DNA of 64,000 nucleotides from Zancudomyces culisetae HAW-14-8 (lineage: Eukaryota > Fungi > Kickxellomycota): assembly GCA_052426225.1 (NCBI GenBank), contig JBNJNM010000011.1:1054001-1118000 (forward strand), in the 5' to 3' direction. This document shows, piece by piece, positions 35,248-48,821 of this stretch. How positions within the stretch are numbered: the first letter of the stretch is position 1; every line of letters begins with the position of its first letter. A program made the position numbers and the translations under genes. The notes under the pieces are model-generated. The model was not told the origin of the DNA. It made no database searches and was given only the letters and a program-made list of their open reading frames with translations.

Positions 35248-37333
35248 ATGGATCAACAAGTGATATTGAAACTGGAGAAAGAACCAGAATTACTGTTGCT
35301 TCCCAACAAGGAAATTAGCCGAAATTGTTTTGACATATCCAAAATTGCCATAGAAAAGGGTAAGATTTAAAGAAGGAGTTACTACTTTTTTAAAATAGAT
35401 CTTTGTTGCTCAATTCTATGTTATACGCATAAAAAAATATGACTGTAATAAACTAAATCCAGGTAATTATATTGATGTTGTAGCTAACAAGGTACGGAAA
35501 CTTGGAAAGTTGTCAGAATTGTATGGTGAAGATGAGGGCTTTGTTTTGGCAACCCAGGTGTGGGAACTGTTGCAGCTTAGGAATCAGTCGGTTATTGGAT
35601 ATGCGGCCAATTTGATCAACAAACTAGAAAAAGAACAACTCAAAAGTCTTGAAAGGCTTGCGGAAAAACAAAAGTTGAAAAGTGATGAGAAGGACCAAGA
35701 CGAAGAAGAGGACGAAGACGACGACGAGAACGATATGTCAGAGGAGGAGGATGTAGAAAACGAGGACGAGGACGAGGAACAAGAGGATGAAGAAGAAGAA
35801 GAAAAAGAAGAGAATATGGATGATGAGGAACTAGATTCAGAAACATTTAGTGACCTGGATGGCGAAGGAGAATATGAAACAAGCGCAACAAACAAGCGCA
35901 AGAACAAGAGCGGCGAAAGCGAGACAAAACGGTCCGTTGTAGATGATGATTTCTTTTCACTAGACCAAATGCACAAATTCACAGAACAGGCCGAAATGCT
36001 GGAGGAAAAGCGATTGGGCATGTTAAATGATGATGAAAATCAAGAGGACGATGAAGAAAATGAGGACGAGGATGAGGGGGAGAGCGAGATAGATTATTTT
36101 GAAGATGATGCGGGTGATGATGATGGTTTTGATGCATCCAAGATAAAATATGGTGACTTTTTTAAACCACCAACACTCGCTGGGTCGTCCAAGGGAGTAG
36201 TAAGGTCAACCACAGAATCCAAAAAAAGAAAGGCGGAAAGCGTCGAGAAAACGGTAGAAGAAGAAGAGGAGGAGGAAAAAGAAGAAGGAGGCGAACAATC
36301 AAATATGAGTGATGATGAAGGTAAAGGTAAAGAAGACGAGGATGGGAACGATATTGAGGAACATAAACGCAAAAGAGTAAGATTTGAACAAAATGATGAA
36401 GGTGAAGATGATGAAGAAGAAGAAGATAGCAAAAATGATGATAGAAATAAATCTGAATTCGAAAAATACACCGACCAAATGGGAAAAAGGATCAAAACAC
36501 TAGAACAACAACTAGTTGCCAAGAAGGACTGGACAATGATTGGAGAGGTTAACAGCAAAATGCGGCCGGTTAACAGTTTGCTAGAGGAACATTTGGAATA
36601 TGACTATGTACAAAAGCCGGTTCCAGTGATTACCCAAACAGTTACGGAAGCACTAGAAGATATGATCAAAAATCGGATAGTAGAGCAGCAGTTTGATGAT
36701 GTAGAGAGAAAGAAGGCCACGCAGCAAACAGAAAGATCGTCTTCAAACAAAGAGGATTTTGAACTCCTTGATGAAAATAAACCAAAACAGTCGCTAGCGC
36801 AGGTTTATGAAGAAGAATACAAACAGCAACAACAGCAAAAATCAGGAACAAAAGCTGCCCACAAAGACGCAGCCCTACATGCTGAAATTGAGGCACTATA
36901 TTCTAAGCTTGCTTACACTCTGGATTCACTTTCCAACTTCCAATATACACCCAAAATGGTTTCACCAAATACAACCGATCCCTCTATTCGTCCTGACCAG
37001 CCCGCCATTGAAATGGAAGAGGCCCTACCAATTCTTGTCAGCGAAGCCAACCGAATGGCACCCAAAGAAGTCTATTCAGGCATCAAGGGAATCAAAAAGA
37101 CCGACGATATTAGCAGCGATGGTAAATCGGCCCCCACTGCACCTGTTATTCCATCGAATAACGTAATCCATGGAAAGGGCACTGGTATTCTTATCTCTTC
37201 AACTGAGGCGTCAAAGGCCGATAGAAGAAGATGGAGAGCCGCAAAAAAGAAGGCCAAGGCTGCAGCAAATGCTGACAAAAAACCTAAGTCCAAACCGGAG
37301 CCAGAATCCAAACCCAAGCCTAAATCTCAATAA
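35248..37333 (+). CDS. MPP10: U3 snoRNP protein Mpp10; exons 35248-35359 and 35484-37333
   Basis: QVWELLQLRN, long acidic tracts, DDDFFSLDQM, KDWTMIGEV..RPVNSLLEEHL, LDSLSNFQYTPK, AIEMEEALP, MAPKEVY. Confidence 0.93.
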
Positions 37334-37482
37334 AGTGTCCAAAATCTGGTTTTAACATATTCTAAATTCCAGACTATTTTTTACTTTTCTTTGTTGTTTA
37401 ATCTTCTATTTCTTGTTTATATGTAATAAATGTTGAATAGCCAATAAAACAAATAAATTACGATACATTCCACTCCATTAAT

Positions 37483-39500
37483 TTACAGCCGCAACGCTTG
37501 AACGGTCCTTCCATAAGCAATACCAATCCATTCGCTACTGACCCTACTCCAACTTAAACACCCGACTGGCATTCTGGCAGCGTACGACAGATTAGGCGAA
37601 GCAGCAACCGGTCTATTAAATGCCGTATTGAGAAGGCTACCTGGCTGCTGTGAAAGTGGAGGTCTCCGCCGGTCCAGCATGTTGGCATCACCGCTGATCA
37701 TTTGCTGCAGCTCATTGTTGCTAGCGCTGATTGCCCGGTTGATATCCCACACCAACACACGACTATCTGTTCCACTTGTGCACAAACTGTTGCGTGTAGT
37801 TGGACTCCACTCCACCGCCGTTACAGCGCCCTGGTGCCCCATCAGCTCCACCACTGCTCCACCTGGCATTCGCACATCCACTATGCTCACTTTGTTGTTG
37901 TCTACACTCAGTGCCGCTACATAATTCACATCCATCTGGCTGGTTGCTATCCTTAGAAGCGCCGGTGTTTCTCCATACTCCCTTTGTTGCTGCTGCTGTT
38001 GTTGCTTTTGATGCGTTATATTTTGCATTTCTGCTCCGTTCTCATAATTATAGTAATAATATCCCCCGTTGATACTATTAGGGTCGTTATTATCGCCAAT
38101 ATTTCCATTGTTGCCATTAAAATTTGCCCCATTAGGCTGCTTCAACTGTACTGCTTTTTCCTCATATAGTATCGTACTGTGATCCAATGCTCTCAGATCA
38201 AACATTCGTATGGATCCATCCGCCCCGCATGTGAAAAACATATCGCTACTATTTGTCACAAACACCACATCATACACCTCCTTATCGTGTGCTATTAGTT
38301 GTGTTTTGGCTTGCTGTGTTTCAATATCCCATACCGTACATGTCGTATCAACGCTACTTGTTATTATTACCCCTTTGTCCATTCGGTTCCAATCAAACGA
38401 CGTCAGCGGTGATTTCTGCCCTAGTTTCTATTTTCATACCCCCCCCACAATCATACATACATACATATATCTAGTTAGTTTTTAAGAATAATCCTTTTTT
38501 TATCTGTTACCAGTAAATCAACTTCTTTTCATATATTACATGTATACATACCGCTTTTAGTTTGATCCTATCATAGATCCCTTGCTTTCTGCTGCTGGTG
38601 CTACTTTCGCCGCCTTTTTGTCTGTCCCATCGTTTATCTCCCCATTGTACCATCATTCCTTTTCCTTCACCCCCTTCTTCACGTTCAGTCCTCTCAATTC
38701 CATTCCCTATATCCCCACTGCCAGTGCTTACATCTCTGTGTAATTTGTTTCTCCTGTCCATCTCACCCCCCTGCGCCATCCCATCCATTCCCATATTACT
38801 CCCCTCCCTCATCTGATTTCCACCCCTTTTCTCTTCCTCTCGCTCCCCATCCATAAACTCATCGTCATCAATTTCATCAAATGCTACCTCATCTTCACAC
38901 TCTTCTTGTTCATCTTCCTTGTCCCAATCGCTCTCATCTATCGTTTTATATTCCCATAGTCGCAACATATCTCCTGTTGTAGCCAATAGCTCTGTACCTT
39001 CCTGATAGCTCTAGTGTTGTAAAACACAGCTTTGTTACGACTTTGCTCACTTTTCACCAGCTTGATTCTCCTCTTAGCTCTTGAAATGTTAATAATACCA
39101 CCATGTCTAATACTTGCTTTTTTTTTCATATACTACTTACTTGGTCTGGCTTCCATTTTATTTTGGTAACTGGGTACTCCACCTTAGCTCGCCCAGTTAC
39201 CTGGTAATCTGGATATATTGGATCCGATAACCTTGAATACTTCCTCGATAGTTCTACCACTTGAATCTATTTCAAATATCAGTTTGCTCTTAGTCGGTCG
39301 ACCTGTTTGCCCATCCAAGTAATTTAAAAATAAGCAATATCAAATGTTCACGTTACATAATTAACCGGTTTTTCCATCAGGCTCCCTAAAGCCAAGCGAT
39401 GTTCATTCAATCCCTCTGTTTCAGCCCAGTTGAGCGTTCCTATCGTAAATGGTGCATAGTAGTTCAATATTTCTTTATTCACCTTTGATTTCGAGTTCAT
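37483..39500 (-). CDS. WD40 protein, DCAF7/AN11/WDR68 family (multi-exon; internal exon boundaries approximate)
   Basis: EYPVTKIKW, LLATTGDMLRLW, PLTSFDWN, SSVDTTCTVWDI, KTQLIAHDKEVYDV, GADGSIRMFDLRALDHSTILYE. ATG at 39500. Confidence 0.88.
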
Positions 39501-39855
39501 CTAGAGTTTGACCTATGTCCTAGTGTTTGAATTTGCTGCTATTATTGTGGTTTATGTATATTGATTGGGGGGGTTTTTTATTAATACATTTTAATCTTAT
39601 TTTTCAAGAAATAGTTGGATAATTTTTGAGTTGCACTCTACTTAAATACCAAAATTCGAATTTCAAAACAATATTTCCATTTTGCGCTTGTATTTTTTTC
39701 GTGTTTTACATTATAGTCAGCCGTAAAAACCATTCTCCTCCTACCTCTAAATCCCGAGGAAAAAAAGAAAAAAACTATGCTATAACACCATCAAACCCAC
39801 TATAAAAAAAAAGCAATACTAGATATTTAAATACTATTTATTTCTCGGCTCTTAT

Positions 39856-41176
39856 TTATTTAGACTTGGGCTTTCTGACAGGACGAGTATGTTCATTCAG
39901 TACCACCGATGGCAAAAGCCAGTTTTCTATGTAGATCCGCCCAATTGCATAGCATATGGTCGCAGTTAGCAAACATAACAACACTGCTGCCGTTGTTGTG
40001 ATATTAGCCGAATCCTTGAACTCTGGGCTACCAGACATTGGCAAACTAGGTGTAAATCCTTCAAACCATAGTACATTGATATTGAATGACGCTAATCCCA
40101 CCACCATAGTTGGTACTGGCCGATGTATTACTATGTTTGTTGTTTTTTTTTTCAAGTTTTTGAATACAAATTATCTCGATGTGATTAAATAGTATTGCTA
40201 TTTACCTGGATAAACCGATCCTGAGACTATATATCCACTTTGTCCGTGGAGAACCGCATTTAGGTTTCCAGAAACACGAATCTCGTTTTTTTCACCCTCG
40301 GTTTTCTGTAAAGGTATAAAAACAGGTAAATATTCCGGCTTGGGATCCTTACTTGCCGCGATTCTGCACTTGAGTGGTTCTACAACAACAACAACAACAG
40401 CAGCAGCACAAAAAAAGTCAATAGGTATATTATTAAATGCATCGTTAACTTCTCACATGAATAAACCCATGATTATTTGCAATAAAAACAATAGATACAA
40501 CAATATATAGAGTCAAAAAATAATCGATAACTAAACCCAAGACTTACTATTTAAAGATACAAGTTTTAGCATTTGTTGATAGAACCCACTGCTTTCGGGA
40601 AATGAACAGTGTACTACTTCGTCGGCCCCATAGTTAAATGCTAATGATTTTCGCGACTATTTGTGTTATCGCAAAAATATAAAGCTTACTCTGCTGATTT
40701 CATGTCAAGACAGTACCATGAATAACATAAAGATAATAAAAGTTAAAGCGCACCTCTAAACAATTGGGAAGTTCAAAATACTTTTCTTCTCCATCAATGT
40801 CTTTTACTGCCTCTCCATCTTCCTTATAGACTAGGCACTTTAGCTCAATACGATCATTCTTTTCGTAAACTATTTTCAGTATTCAAATATATGTTTTACG
40901 TGTTCTATTCTCTCGTTTCCCCTATCTAACTATATAGTATTTTTTTAAAAAAAGCGAGATGAAAAAATAGAAATAAAAGGGAAAAAAGTGTTACTGCTAG
41001 GTTTGTACTGATCTATAGCCGTTGCCAGTCCATTCACCAAGAAAAGTGCTAGAATCTATAGAATTATCCTCAACTAGTTGTCAAATTATTCATTTAAATT
41101 TCATTTCATCGGTCCATGTTTATACTATTACACAAATGATCAACGTATAGTCACTTACTAGTTTACAGCAAAACAT
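39856..41176 (-). CDS. Uncharacterised secretory-pathway single-pass membrane protein (multi-exon)
   Basis: Spliced N-terminus MFCCKL|ILALFLVNGLATA looks like a signal peptide. Internal exons read DRIELKCLV..ELPNCLE, FNYGADEVVHCSF, PLKCRIAA..NAVLHGQSGYIVSGSVYP. C-terminal TM AAVLLCLLTATICYAIG. Confidence 0.65.
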
Positions 41177-42537
41177 ATTAGCAGCGTCTTTTTAATTTGC
41201 AATTTGTCTGCTGAATTTAAGTTTCCGATTTCTATAAATCTCAAAAATACACTATTCAACTTGGTATGGTACTGTCGTTCGTAAATCGTTTATTTATAAA
41301 CACTATATTTGTTTTCAGATGACAATTTACTACATAAACATTCTTAATTTATAAATCAACAAATCTTTGGTAAAATAGAAACGATAGTGAATAATGAGAA
41401 TATCCAAAATACGCAAAATTAAAGTCCGATATATCTTGCTACTACTCGCATACCAATAGGAATTACTAAATTTTTTATTCGCGTATTTAGAAGCATAATG
41501 AATCTATAAATAACAGCAAACCGTGCTTTTAAATCTTTATTTTAGCACATACGCGATTTTTTAGCAAATAAACATGAGCTCTGAGCATGGCTTTGGTAGC
41601 TGCTTTTTATAATTATATGCTAACCCACATTTTTTGACTAAATATAATTCATAAGGATTAAAGATGTGGTCCCGCTCTGTCTTCATTTAGTATTTTTCTC
41701 TACCTTATATAACTAATTAATAACTTGGCCCGCAATATTTGCTTCCTTGTGTCTTATTTATTGTTGATGCTGTCGTTGTATAGTTACGAACTAACTTTAT
41801 CATGATGTATTTCAACTGAGATATAGAGTATTCCACATTCGACATATGGTGCTAACATTATACTAGAATACAGTCTAATCATTGGCTGTTAACTGCACCA
41901 AAAAAAACAAAAATATAAACCACCACAAAAACTCGTTAAGGCAATATTACTCTGATTGATAGTTTCGAGGCAAAGGTACTTATCATGCCTGGAGACAAAG
42001 CCATCAGCAAATGTTACAATTGCTTAGTTGGTATCACATTTCATCGGTTTATTTTGTTTTTTGTCGTTATATACTTTCCCCTGCATGTGCTTGAAAAGAA
42101 AAGACTGAGTTTGGACGCTAACACATGACTTGATTCTGTTTTATTTTTTTTTCAAGGCATATTAAAAGATGACACTTTGACAAGTGAATAGGTAGAGGTG
42201 GTTAAAGTGAATTGGAAAAATGGAAAAATGGAAAAAAAACCTGCACAATTTGAGCTAGTTTTACCATTTTTGAACCTTTTGATGTAACCAAATTATAAAA
42301 CCAGTTTGAAAATATAGCTGTTGAAGTGCGAATGTGATGAATGCTTTAGTGTCAAAATAATTTCATCTGTTTCCTTGTTTCAGCTGAACTATTTGGCTTT
42401 TGAAGGCAGATGCAGATTTGAATGGCAAATAATTCCTATATATAACCAACACCATTCCACACCAAAAAGGAATAAAGCGAAAAAAAAACAATAAATAGTC
42501 AGAGTTGAGTTTAGTACTATTATTCAGTTCTCTAGCA

Positions 42538-42563
42538 ATAATAATAATAATAATAATAATATT
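42538..42563. repeat. (AAT)n microsatellite upstream of acyl-CoA oxidase 2
   Basis: Run of ~8 aat units. Confidence 0.8.
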
Positions 42564-42616
42564 GATTTAATTACTGCTGTTCAAGTAAACCACACCAAGA
42601 CTATTTGGAACAAAAA

Positions 42617-44857
42617 ATGAGCCTTCCTCTTGAAAAATTCAAAGATACTTCACTAACTAAAGAAACACTCGCAAGTGAAAGAAAAAAGGCGAGGTTTTCA
42701 CCAAATGAACTTGGTGATTTTATTTATGGCAAGGAATATCGCGAAAGAGTTGCAAGAATACTCAAAGTTCTCAGAGCTGAACCAGAGATATTCTCTAACG
42801 AGGATATATACTTTCTGAATAGAAGTGAGCTGATAGAGAGATATTTAAAGCGAGAACGTAGACTTGTTGAACTCTACAGGTAGTTGTTGTTAACATTATA
42901 CTTGCTCTTATCCAATGTCCATATATATATATATATACCTGTACCATTTTCACTAATATAGTATTACGGTCTGAGATCAATACACCTTGGTATTAGAAAT
43001 TAAAATATAATAATTTAACTCAACTTTTACTTTTAAAAAAATAGAAGTGGTAAAATACAGAATGAAGATATTGAATTCACATTCAAGCTTTACGGCACTA
43101 TGGGCCCTTACACTTTATCACGTGGAGCATTTTTACCCGCAGTTGAAAAACAATCAAACCCAGAGCAAATTGAAAAGTTTGTTAAACCAGCAGAAGCATA
43201 CAGAATCATTGGATGCTATGCACAAACCGAACTGGGTCACGGATCTAACGTTCGTGGGATGGAGACCACCATTACCTTTGTTGAGGAAACTGACGAATTT
43301 GAGGTTAACTCGCCGAGTTTAACGTCGGCAAAATGGTGGATTGGTACTATGGGTGTTCATGCAACACACGCGGTTGTGATGGGGCAGCTGATTATCAAGG
43401 GAAAGAATTACGGTGTCTTCCCTATTGTTGTGCCCTTGCGATCATTGGAAGATCATAAACCACTTCCAGGTGTGTATATTGGTGACATTGGACCCAAATT
43501 TGGGGTAAACGTAATGGATAATGGATATCTATACCTCGACCATGTGCGCGTACCACGAATTAACCTGTTACAAAAATACATAAACGTTTCACGAGATGGG
43601 ACGTTTAGTCGGATAAAAAGTGCCGATCCCCGAATGACATATATTTCAATGGTTCAGTTGAGAACAGGAATAGCCTCTGGGATGGGTGTTCTTTTGGCAA
43701 GAGCCGTTACTGTTGCCACCAGATACACTGCTGTACGCCGACAGTTTGGAAAGGTAGGAAAACCAGAAACGCCAGTAATAGATTACGAAATTGTCCAGCA
43801 TCGAATAATCCCACTGATTGCTCAGGCCTATGCCATGATCGGAATGACTCATGAACTTAAGAATCAATTTGTAAGAACCACAGATGCAATCGCAAAGAAT
43901 GACTTTAGTTTGTTGAAAGAAATGCACGCAACAAGTGCTGGTCTAAAGAAGTGGAGTACAACAATAAGCATCTATGGAATTGATACCTGTCGTCATGTAT
44001 GTGGTGGCCATGGATACTCGCAGTTCTCTGGATTGAACCAACTGTTTACAGATAATTATCCTGGTATTATATACGAAGGCGATAATTACATTCTTGCTCA
44101 GCAAACCACAAGATATGTACTAAATATTGCTAGGGATTTACTTAAGGGGAGCAGTGACATTGAAAATAATGATACAACCAGGTATATGCAGCGATTCATC
44201 ACTAAGAGTAATGTCAGTCCTAGTACATCAGCGTTGACTTGGGTTGGAAGAACTGCCAGCCAGTTAATTTCAAACAGAACCACACTTATTGATCTTCTGG
44301 CATATCGCCTGGCATCTATGACCTCAGATTTGGCACAAAAAATACACTTTAAGGGACATAAGTTTGAAGATTCTCTTGTAACCGCTCAAGCGATATCAAT
44401 GGCACATTCAGAGTTTATAGTCGCCCTGTACTTTGACCGCTACCTCAAAACACTTCCACAAAGTTCACCACTAGCACCAATCCTCGATTTGATGTTTGTC
44501 ATATCGGCGCTGACTTTCTTGACCAGAAATATTGGAGAGTTACTGCTATTGCCAGCAGAAGCACAAATAAACAAGCAATTTATTGAAGACCTGGAAAGTG
44601 AGTATGCCAAAAGGATAAAAGAAGCTAGAGAACAAGCTGTACCACTCGTTGATGCATTTGATATTCCTGATGAAATATTAAACTCGAGTTTGGGCCGTTA
44701 CGATGGTGATGTATACAGAGACCATGTCAGGAGAGCATTACAAGAACCGCTTAATAGTGAGGAACTCGGAAATGAAATCCGTACAAAATTCTACAACGAG
44801 TATACACGGACAGTACTTTCTAGTGGAAATAACATCATGGGAAGTGCAAAGCTTTAA
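42617..44857 (+). CDS. Peroxisomal acyl-CoA oxidase copy 2; exons 42617-42879 and 43045-44857
   Basis: GCYAQTELGHGSN, KWWIG, CGGHGY, YEGDN; PTS1 AKL. Its single intron is at the same position and phase as intron 1 of copy 1. Confidence 0.96.
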
Positions 44858-45029
44858 CTAACATTTGAATGTACGGCTTTTTGCATCTGACTTACCCTTG
44901 AAACAACTTACTGGTATATCTGTTACTCCTCAACCTTTTATAACCGGCTTTATTGGAAAGTGAATGAGATGTGTATCCTAGACACATCAAAAACAAGTAG
45001 GTAGATGTTGTGTAAACATTTGGTTTTTA

Positions 45030-48000
45030 AAGATGCTATTAAGATATAAAATATATAAAACGAATAAAAAACTAATTCAAAACTTTTCATGTCATATTCA
45101 TGATTGAGCGATATTGCACACCAAGTGTGAATTGGAGCCATGCAAGACAACTCTTCTAAACAACTCTATAATAAAGTAGGAATAATTACGAGCACCTGGG
45201 CTCGTAATTAAGTTCTCTATGCCTTTAAAAAGCACAAGCTTTGATACGACATTCGATACTTTTTCTGTAATCTCCTCGTAGTTCTGATACTTTTTATGAT
45301 TTTTTATGATCAGCTCTGCTGTTTTACTGTCGAAAGTAGCTTTATAAAACGTTGGTCTTAAACCGATAAAAACAATCCCGTAAACTGTTTTTTCCTTTAA
45401 CCTATCCAAATTGATTTTATTATCCACAGTGAATTGGCTCATATATACGGAGAACATCTCTCCAATAATCTGCGCTTCAGCGTTTTTGATATTGTATCCT
45501 GTGTCTGTTTTGTCTTCGACACCGAAGCAATAGTTAGTTACATTTTCTTTGAATAGACTCACATCCACTTGGGATGATAGGCTTACGTTATTGGTGTTAA
45601 TCCTGAGATTTAAGCTACCAATGTTTATACTGTTGTTTTTGTTATAGGAAAAGATTCCTAATATGCTTTTTACGTAGTCATCAATGACTTTTTCATCCTT
45701 TTTATTGCCTGTCATAGCCCTTAGTGTTGGTAGAATACATTGATATGAGTCGTTTCTGTCAGCTTCATTCATTAGCTCGATCATTTCATCTTTGTTTTTT
45801 ACTCTTGAGTTCAGAAGAGTCAAAATTGATTTTTTTGATCCGTTTATGTGGGTGTATTCTGCTTCTATGTTATCTAATTTAGGAATACACAGTATTTTAT
45901 TCCCATTAATCCTTTCAAGCTCACTCTTGGAACGAATATAGGTCTCTTCTAGTTTATCGTAGAAGTCCATCAACGACAAAGACAAAATATATTTAATTTT
46001 GTTTTTGTCCTCCTTTTTCATACCAAAGAACTCCATAAATCGCTTTTTAGCTTTATTGAGAAGTTCTTCATTGATACCAAACAACTGCTCATCAGAAAAT
46101 GTAGTTCTAAAATTTTCCAATATTAGTTCACCATTGTCATATATCAGTTGTTCAGAATCGATCAAGACAACATAATACTTTAGTATTGCTTCAGCATCAT
46201 CTGCGCCCGTACCGTTGTAGTTGGGGTTGAGCTTTTTGTTTTTATTTAATTCTTCATATTGCATTTTATTGATGCAAAAATTTTGCGTTAATTCATTCTT
46301 GGTCATTCTACGAATTCCCTTGCCCATATAATCCCGATATCGACTGATTTCTTTGTCACCTATACACTCGACTTGTAAATCGTCTGGATATAATATCTCG
46401 TGCTCAGGAAATGTTGAAAAACAAGCTTCAATACTCTCCACAGTCCATGTAATTGTAGAGTCAAGCTTTTCACTAGAAATGCTGCTATCACTTTCGAAGC
46501 TATCCTCTCTAGCCCTTTTTACTCTGCTTGACCCTTCTGTAAATGACCCAATATCTTCCATTCTGTTACACTCTTCACACTTTTCACACTCTTCACACCT
46601 TATATAGCTTTCGATGTTTATGTGGTATCTTTTTTCAAGTTACTTTTACTTTTTTTTTATCTAGACAAACGTCTCTCTGTTTCGTATATCCCAAAAACAA
46701 TAGTGCAGTATATGCTCTCTTTATTCTATTACAAACTGGTTAATATACGATGTATGCTTTAATTCACCATACAATCCTTGTACTCAATACAATGTAATAT
46801 TTACGAGTTCATTCAAGAGTTTCTAACTATTTATGCTTTTATTCAACTCTGATTGTCAGAAACCACACTTCACGCTATAACATTTGCGTTGGGTATTAAT
46901 ATTGCAACAGTATCTTTAATACTGCATTTATAGATACATTGTATAGGTAGCTGTTTGGAATTCGTAACCATTTTCCCAAAACAAAATACACAATAGCGCA
47001 TACAAAAGTAAGCAAAAAGAACCGCTATGGTTTGTATAGCTATCTATTAATAAGCATGATGATTGACGTGATAAACCATTTGCATTAGTTTGTGGTGTGA
47101 ATAGGTAAACAAATATGCATGTATTAACCAACACAGTCATAAAAACAGCACTTATTATTACTTGTTGAACTTGAGCATTATTACTAACTGACACACATAC
47201 ACAAGGTAGCTCGATATGAATATTCACATATTCAAAGCTAGTATTAACCTTTTCAATAATAAGTAAATGACTCGGATGTTACTAAGCTGGAACAACAAAC
47301 TAGAATGAGATTTACATTAGCATTCATGGATACACAAACTAAAGCCAACTGGAGTAAATAAAGATTAATGTCTGGGTCTACTCAATGTGTTTGTTAAACC
47401 TTGAAATACACAAACTAAAAATGACATGGTAAAAAAAATGACATGGTCTCAAGTATCAGCATACTAAGCTACAACACTGATTAACTGGTATAATATCTTT
47501 CCACCATTAACTGTTGGATAACAATATTATCACCAACTAACAATGTAAATATTAACTCTGTTTTAATTACTTGTCATATTGTTTTTTGTGTTTTAGCATT
47601 CAAGGAGGTGAAGGTAACTTTGATACTATAGTTTTGTGTAATTGAAGTAAAGCAACTTGAAAGTATACTAGCAACTGGTTTTCCATTTTTCAACGCGTTC
47701 TATTATTCTATCCAACAGTAAAAGTGTAAACCAAGAGGCTAACCAAATACCGAATAGTGCATTTCTCTTTTATTCCAGTTTCTAAATACCCACCTCCAAG
47801 GTATAATACGACTAGTAATATCTCAATACCCACAATTAAAAGAAATGTGCTATATTAACTCGTTTTACTATTATCTTTATAAAAATGGAACCACACAAAA
47901 GTTTAAACCAAAAAAAGGTGACAAATCTCATAATAAATCGAGTCACAAACACAACCAACTCCACAATAATCCACTACATCTTTTTTTAGGTATATTGTTA

Positions 48001-48272
48001 ATTTGTTACAAAACCACATAAATCATAAATAAGCTTGAAGCTCGATATACTACTACTCATAATTGTGTGCTTGATATGCACCCCAGACAACTTCAATTGA
48101 TCAAACCCTCTGAGTTTTACTGATCATTTGTGCTTTTCAACTAACTCCCACCTTTCACATTGAACTGGTATTCGGATGGTATATGGTTTTTACAAAGATA
48201 TAACCGATCAGCCAGGTCCATACTCCGTAGATTATCTGTCCATTTTGGATGTTATTTGTTTGGAACAGTTGA
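45030..48272 (-). mobile_element. Repeat cassette copy B (inverted relative to 10375-13650)
   Basis: Base-by-base similarity to copy A across the non-coding leader. The near-identical spurious ORFs 11428-11703/46928-47227 and 11888-12088/46543-46743 reflect this. Mobility is inferred. Confidence 0.55.
45098..46561 (-). CDS. PD-(D/E)xK restriction-endonuclease-like protein B, 487 aa, intronless
   Basis: SQVDVSL...FGVEDK...EAQIIGEMF...VYGIVFIGLRPTFYKATF. Shares MEDIGSFTEG and KNKIKYILSLSLMDFYDKLEETYIRSKSELE with protein A. Confidence 0.7.
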   Translation of the reverse strand: MEDIGSFTEGSSRVKRAREDSFESDSSISSEKLDSTITWTVESIEACFSTFPEHEILYPDDLQVECIGDKEISRYRDYMGKGIRRMTKNELTQNFCINKMQYEELNKNKKLNPNYNGTGADDAEAILKYYVVLIDSEQLIYDNGELILENFRTTFSDEQLFGINEELLNKAKKRFMEFFGMKKEDKNKIKYILSLSLMDFYDKLEETYIRSKSELERINGNKILCIPKLDNIEAEYTHINGSKKSILTLLNSRVKNKDEMIELMNEADRNDSYQCILPTLRAMTGNKKDEKVIDDYVKSILGIFSYNKNNSINIGSLNLRINTNNVSLSSQVDVSLFKENVTNYCFGVEDKTDTGYNIKNAEAQIIGEMFSVYMSQFTVDNKINLDRLKEKTVYGIVFIGLRPTFYKATFDSKTAELIIKNHKKYQNYEEITEKVSNVVSKLVLFKGIENLITSPGARNYSYFIIELFRRVVLHGSNSHLVCNIAQS

Positions 48273-48821
48273 CAGCACTAAAAACAGTGCCACGATTGAA
48301 ACATAGAATTTGCAGCTAGAACTAGTTCTGACATTGAAATGAAATTGACACATGAAAAAGACAATTTTTCTTTCCATTTTAATATTTTATTTCCACACAC
48401 TCTAGATTTCACAGACCAAGTGTTGTTTCATAATTTTCATCCTGGAACGCGTAGATTTTTTTAGAGAGGATAAAAAAAAAACTAATCCCGGTTAAAGATG
48501 CTCTAAAAGCGACCAAACAGAACTTCACTGCATACGAATACACAGCCATTCATTTGTTGCTGCTACTCCTCATTCCGGGATCGTGAATGTTTAAGTCGAG
48601 TTAAAATTACATCTATATTGCGTAGATTTACAGTTTGTAGAATATTCAATATATTTGATAAGCGTTGACTATAAAACCGGATATTCAAGTAGTAATCATT
48701 ATCTCTATTCAAAATCATTCATATCTTTCTTTCAGTTTTCAAGAAAGAATCTAAACACACAAAATAGTATATCAAAAACAAACCATTACAGTTAATTTAC
48801 AAACGAGAAAAAACCACAAAT

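Noticed and set aside
35584-36558. Ser-rich antisense ORFs (also 30866-31441, 60537-61193 and similar)
   Set aside because: They are mirror frames of acidic or biased sense-strand genes (MPP10, RRB1, OSBP).
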